42,127 nucleotides of DNA. It comes from Candidatus Curtissbacteria bacterium RIFCSPHIGHO2_01_FULL_41_11 (GTDB lineage Bacteria > Patescibacteriota > Microgenomatia > Curtissbacterales > GWA2-41-24). Positions within the stretch are counted from its first letter, which is position 1, and every line of letters starts with the position of its first letter. The notes beneath the pieces were generated by a model. That model did not search any database, had not been told where the DNA came from, and saw only the letters and a list, made by a program, of their open reading frames with translations. Shown one piece after another: positions 40,009 to 42,127 of this stretch. Position numbers and translations under genes: made by a program. The stretch is from contig MFAZ01000012.1 in the NCBI GenBank assembly GCA_001776335.1, positions 1 through 42,127 of the forward strand, written 5' to 3'.

Positions 40009-41634
40009 ATGGCTAAACAAATAATTTACGCAGAAGAAGCAAGAACCAAGTTAAAAGCAGGCGTCGATAAACTCTCAAATGCCGTCGCAACTACTCTAGG
40101 CCCCAAAGGCCGCAATGTGGCCTTAGACAAGAAATGGGGGGCTCCAAACGTTATCCACGACGGTGTCACCGTCGCCAAAGAAATCGAACTTGAAGACCCA
40201 TTTGAAAACATGGGTGCATCTCTTGTCAAAGAAGCGGCCAGCAAAACATCTGACGTTGCCGGAGACGGCACGACAACAGCCACAGTTCTTGCCCAGGCTA
40301 TGGTCGAAGAAGGCCTAAAAAACATCACAGCCGGTGCCAACCCGATGATCCTCAAGCGAGGCGTTGAAAAAGCAACCGAAGCAGTTGTCGCACAACTCAA
40401 AACCATGGCCAAAAAAGTAGGCGATCAAGGTGAAATCGAAAAAATCGCCACAATATCGGCAGCCGACCCGGCAATTGGTAAATTAATTGCCGATGCTCTT
40501 CAAAAAGTCGGCTCGGATGGTGTAGTCACAGTCGAGGAAGGCAAAGGTCTGGAACTTTCTGTCGAATACAAAGAAGGCATGGAATTCGATCGTGGTTTCG
40601 TCTCCGCTTATTTTGTGACAGATCCGGAAAAAATGCAGGCAGTTGTCGAAGACGCCCACATCTTGATAACCGATCAAAAAATCTCCTCTTTGCAGGAACT
40701 CGTTCAATTTCTGGAAAATTTTGTAAAAGTAAGCAAGAACCTGGTAATTATAGCCGACGAAGTCGAAGGCGAAGCCCTGGCTACTCTGGTTGTCAACAAA
40801 ATGAGAGGTGTATTTAATGTTCTGGCAATCAAAGCTCCCGGTTTTGGTGACAGAAGAAAAGAAATGTTGGAAGACATCGCAATATTAACAGGCGGAACTG
40901 TAATCTCCGAAGACATGGGCAGAAAGCTGGAATCAGTAACTGTCGAAGACCTCGGAAAAGCGGAAAGGGTTACCTCCGACAAAGACAACACCATAATAAT
41001 CGGTGGCAAAGGTAGCAAGGCTGCCCTGGAAGCCAGGATCAAACAGATCAGAAAAGAACTGGAAACCACAGACAGCGATTTTGACCGCGAAAAACTTCAG
41101 GAAAGACTCGCTAAACTTTCCGGTGGGGTAGCCGTGATCAACGTAGGCGCAGCCACAGAAATCGAACTTAAAGAGAAAAAAGAAAGGGTAGACGATGCAG
41201 TTCACGCCACCAAAGCCGCCGTTGAAGAAGGCTATGTTGTCGGCGGAGGAGTCGCCCTTATTCGATCAATGAAAGTTCTCGACAAAATGATCCAAACCGC
41301 GCAAGACACAGACGAAAGGATCGGTCTTGAAATAGTCCGGGATTCACTCGAGCAGCCTCTTGCCAAAATCGCCGAAAATGCCGGTGTAGATTCCGGTTGG
41401 GTTGTAAAAGAAGTAGAAAAAGCGGTCGGCAATGTGGGCCTGAATGCACTGACCGGTAAATTTGAAGATTTAACAGTAGCAGGCGTCATCGACCCTGTAA
41501 AAGTCACCCGCTCTGCTCTACAGAATGCAGCGTCTGTAGCTATGATGATTCTGACAACAGAAGCCCTAATCACCGATCTCCCCGAAAAAGAAAAGGCCAT
41601 GCCACAAATGCCCGCAGGCGGCATGGACTATTAA
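40009..41634 (+). CDS. groEL: Chaperonin GroEL
   Basis: [14 protein letters not shown]..., [30 protein letters not shown]-terminal GGMDY. 541 aa. Confidence 0.97.
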   Translation: MAKQIIYAEEARTKLKAGVDKLSNAVATTLGPKGRNVALDKKWGAPNVIHDGVTVAKEIELEDPFENMGASLVKEAASKTSDVAGDGTTTATVLAQAMVEEGLKNITAGANPMILKRGVEKATEAVVAQLKTMAKKVGDQGEIEKIATISAADPAIGKLIADALQKVGSDGVVTVEEGKGLELSVEYKEGMEFDRGFVSAYFVTDPEKMQAVVEDAHILITDQKISSLQELVQFLENFVKVSKNLVIIADEVEGEALATLVVNKMRGVFNVLAIKAPGFGDRRKEMLEDIAILTGGTVISEDMGRKLESVTVEDLGKAERVTSDKDNTIIIGGKGSKAALEARIKQIRKELETTDSDFDREKLQERLAKLSGGVAVINVGAATEIELKEKKERVDDAVHATKAAVEEGYVVGGGVALIRSMKVLDKMIQTAQDTDERIGLEIVRDSLEQPLAKIAENAGVDSGWVVKEVEKAVGNVGLNALTGKFEDLTVAGVIDPVKVTRSALQNAASVAMMILTTEALITDLPEKEKAMPQMPAGGMDY

Positions 41635-41652
41635 AATTGACCTAAAGTTTAA

Positions 41653-42127
41653 TTATTTGTAAAATTTTAATAGCAATGGAGAGAACCCGATTCGACTTAA
41701 TTTTTCAATCTTCAAAGAATCTTCAACTTGGAAGGGAACCAGTTCATGGTAAACACGAAGGACATAGAAACATAAGGAGCAAGCAAAATCGGAGCCAGGC
41801 AAGACTATTCCAAAGATTGCAAAGAGATTCAAAACCGGCTTCACAAACAGAAACTGCGGACCGCTTAACCCAAAAAAGATATCTTGGTAATAACTGGCAG
41901 CCGCTCTTAGGGGAGATACTACCGCCAGATATAAAAACACGTATATCAGAATTATCTTCGGAATAAATTCTTGGCTGTCTTCTTGACAGCGTCTGATCAT
42001 AGCAATACAATTTTCACAGAAGCCCAACTGCCATGGTCTTTTTTTAAATGGCAATAGAATCATTAGAATTTCATCCAGGACCCAGCTACTTCCCGGAAGC
42101 CCGACAGCATCAAAAGAAACATTCTGC
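41653..42127 (-). CDS. Possible partial CDS (open to the right edge): hydrophobic protein with a CxxC motif; function unknown
   Basis: The minus-strand frame stays open upstream of the track's ATG (42063) to the window edge. It has TM-like segments (IILIYVFLYLAVV, LNLFAIFGIVL) and FCENC. It competes with a hydrophilic plus-strand ORF at 41676-41966. Confidence 0.3.
   Translation of the reverse strand, partial: QNVSFDAVGLPGSSWVLDEILMILLPFKKRPWQLGFCENCIAMIRRCQEDSQEFIPKIILIYVFLYLAVVSPLRAAASYYQDIFFGLSGPQFLFVKPVLNLFAIFGIVLPGSDFACSLCFYVLRVYHELVPFQVEDSLKIEKLSRIGFSPLLLKFYK

Noticed and set aside
40026-41624. Several minus-strand ORFs inside groEL (and similar antisense ORFs inside dnaA, dnaN, valS, pyrG and the coiled-coil gene)
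   Set aside because: They are shadow ORFs opposite highly conserved genes. Their translations are A/S/R-rich and low-complexity.
41676-41966. Plus-strand 96-aa ORF downstream of groEL
   Set aside because: Its hydrophilic R/Q/K-rich translation has no features. The overlapping minus-strand frame has TM-like segments and stays open to the window edge. Both remain low-confidence.

Overview
This window looks like the replication-origin neighbourhood of a small, AT-leaning, tightly packed bacterial chromosome. The core is rpmH-rnpA-yidD-yidC-jag, divergent from dnaA-dnaN-dciA. By inference only, the gene content suggests a CPR/Patescibacteria (Microgenomates-like) genome: a PrgI/VirB4 mini-cluster, a DUF4012 protein, a short ValRS and RnpA, and many orphan genes. 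I could run no search to confirm this.

Gene order, left to right:
- a partial minus-strand CDS
- a P-loop NTPase/winged-helix regulator
- coaBC
- a five-gene T4SS-like operon (3252-11990)
- dciA-dnaN-dnaA with DnaA-box clusters
- the rpmH operon
- an envelope-polysaccharide group (O-antigen-ligase-like, flippase, Wzz-like, DUF4012), interrupted by a hicBA cassette, one orphan gene and rnhA
- an orphan three-gene minus-strand operon (24916-27488)
- rplY, valS, tsaD, DUF192, VanW/G5, an orphan solute-binding protein and an NTase-like gene
- pyrG with a promoter-plus-terminator leader, then groES/groEL, then a partial CDS

I found no rRNA, tRNA, CRISPR array, transposase or integrase.

Most interesting observations:
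1. The origin-adjacent minimal T4SS-like operon. It includes a 1144-aa protein that fuses a Gly-zipper membrane region to a zincin domain.
2. Families of 7- and 8-nt tandem tracts that place stop codons in every frame at gene boundaries. The same tracts occur inside valS, tsaD and another gene, where exactly the in-frame stop has been lost.
3. GC-rich palindromic mini-elements, some inserted in frame in coding DNA.
4. A pyrG leader that resembles the Bacillus reiterative-transcription attenuator.
5. A hicBA cassette bracketed by diverged copies of the 3' end of the ligase-like gene.

All function calls rest on motifs read by eye from the translations.
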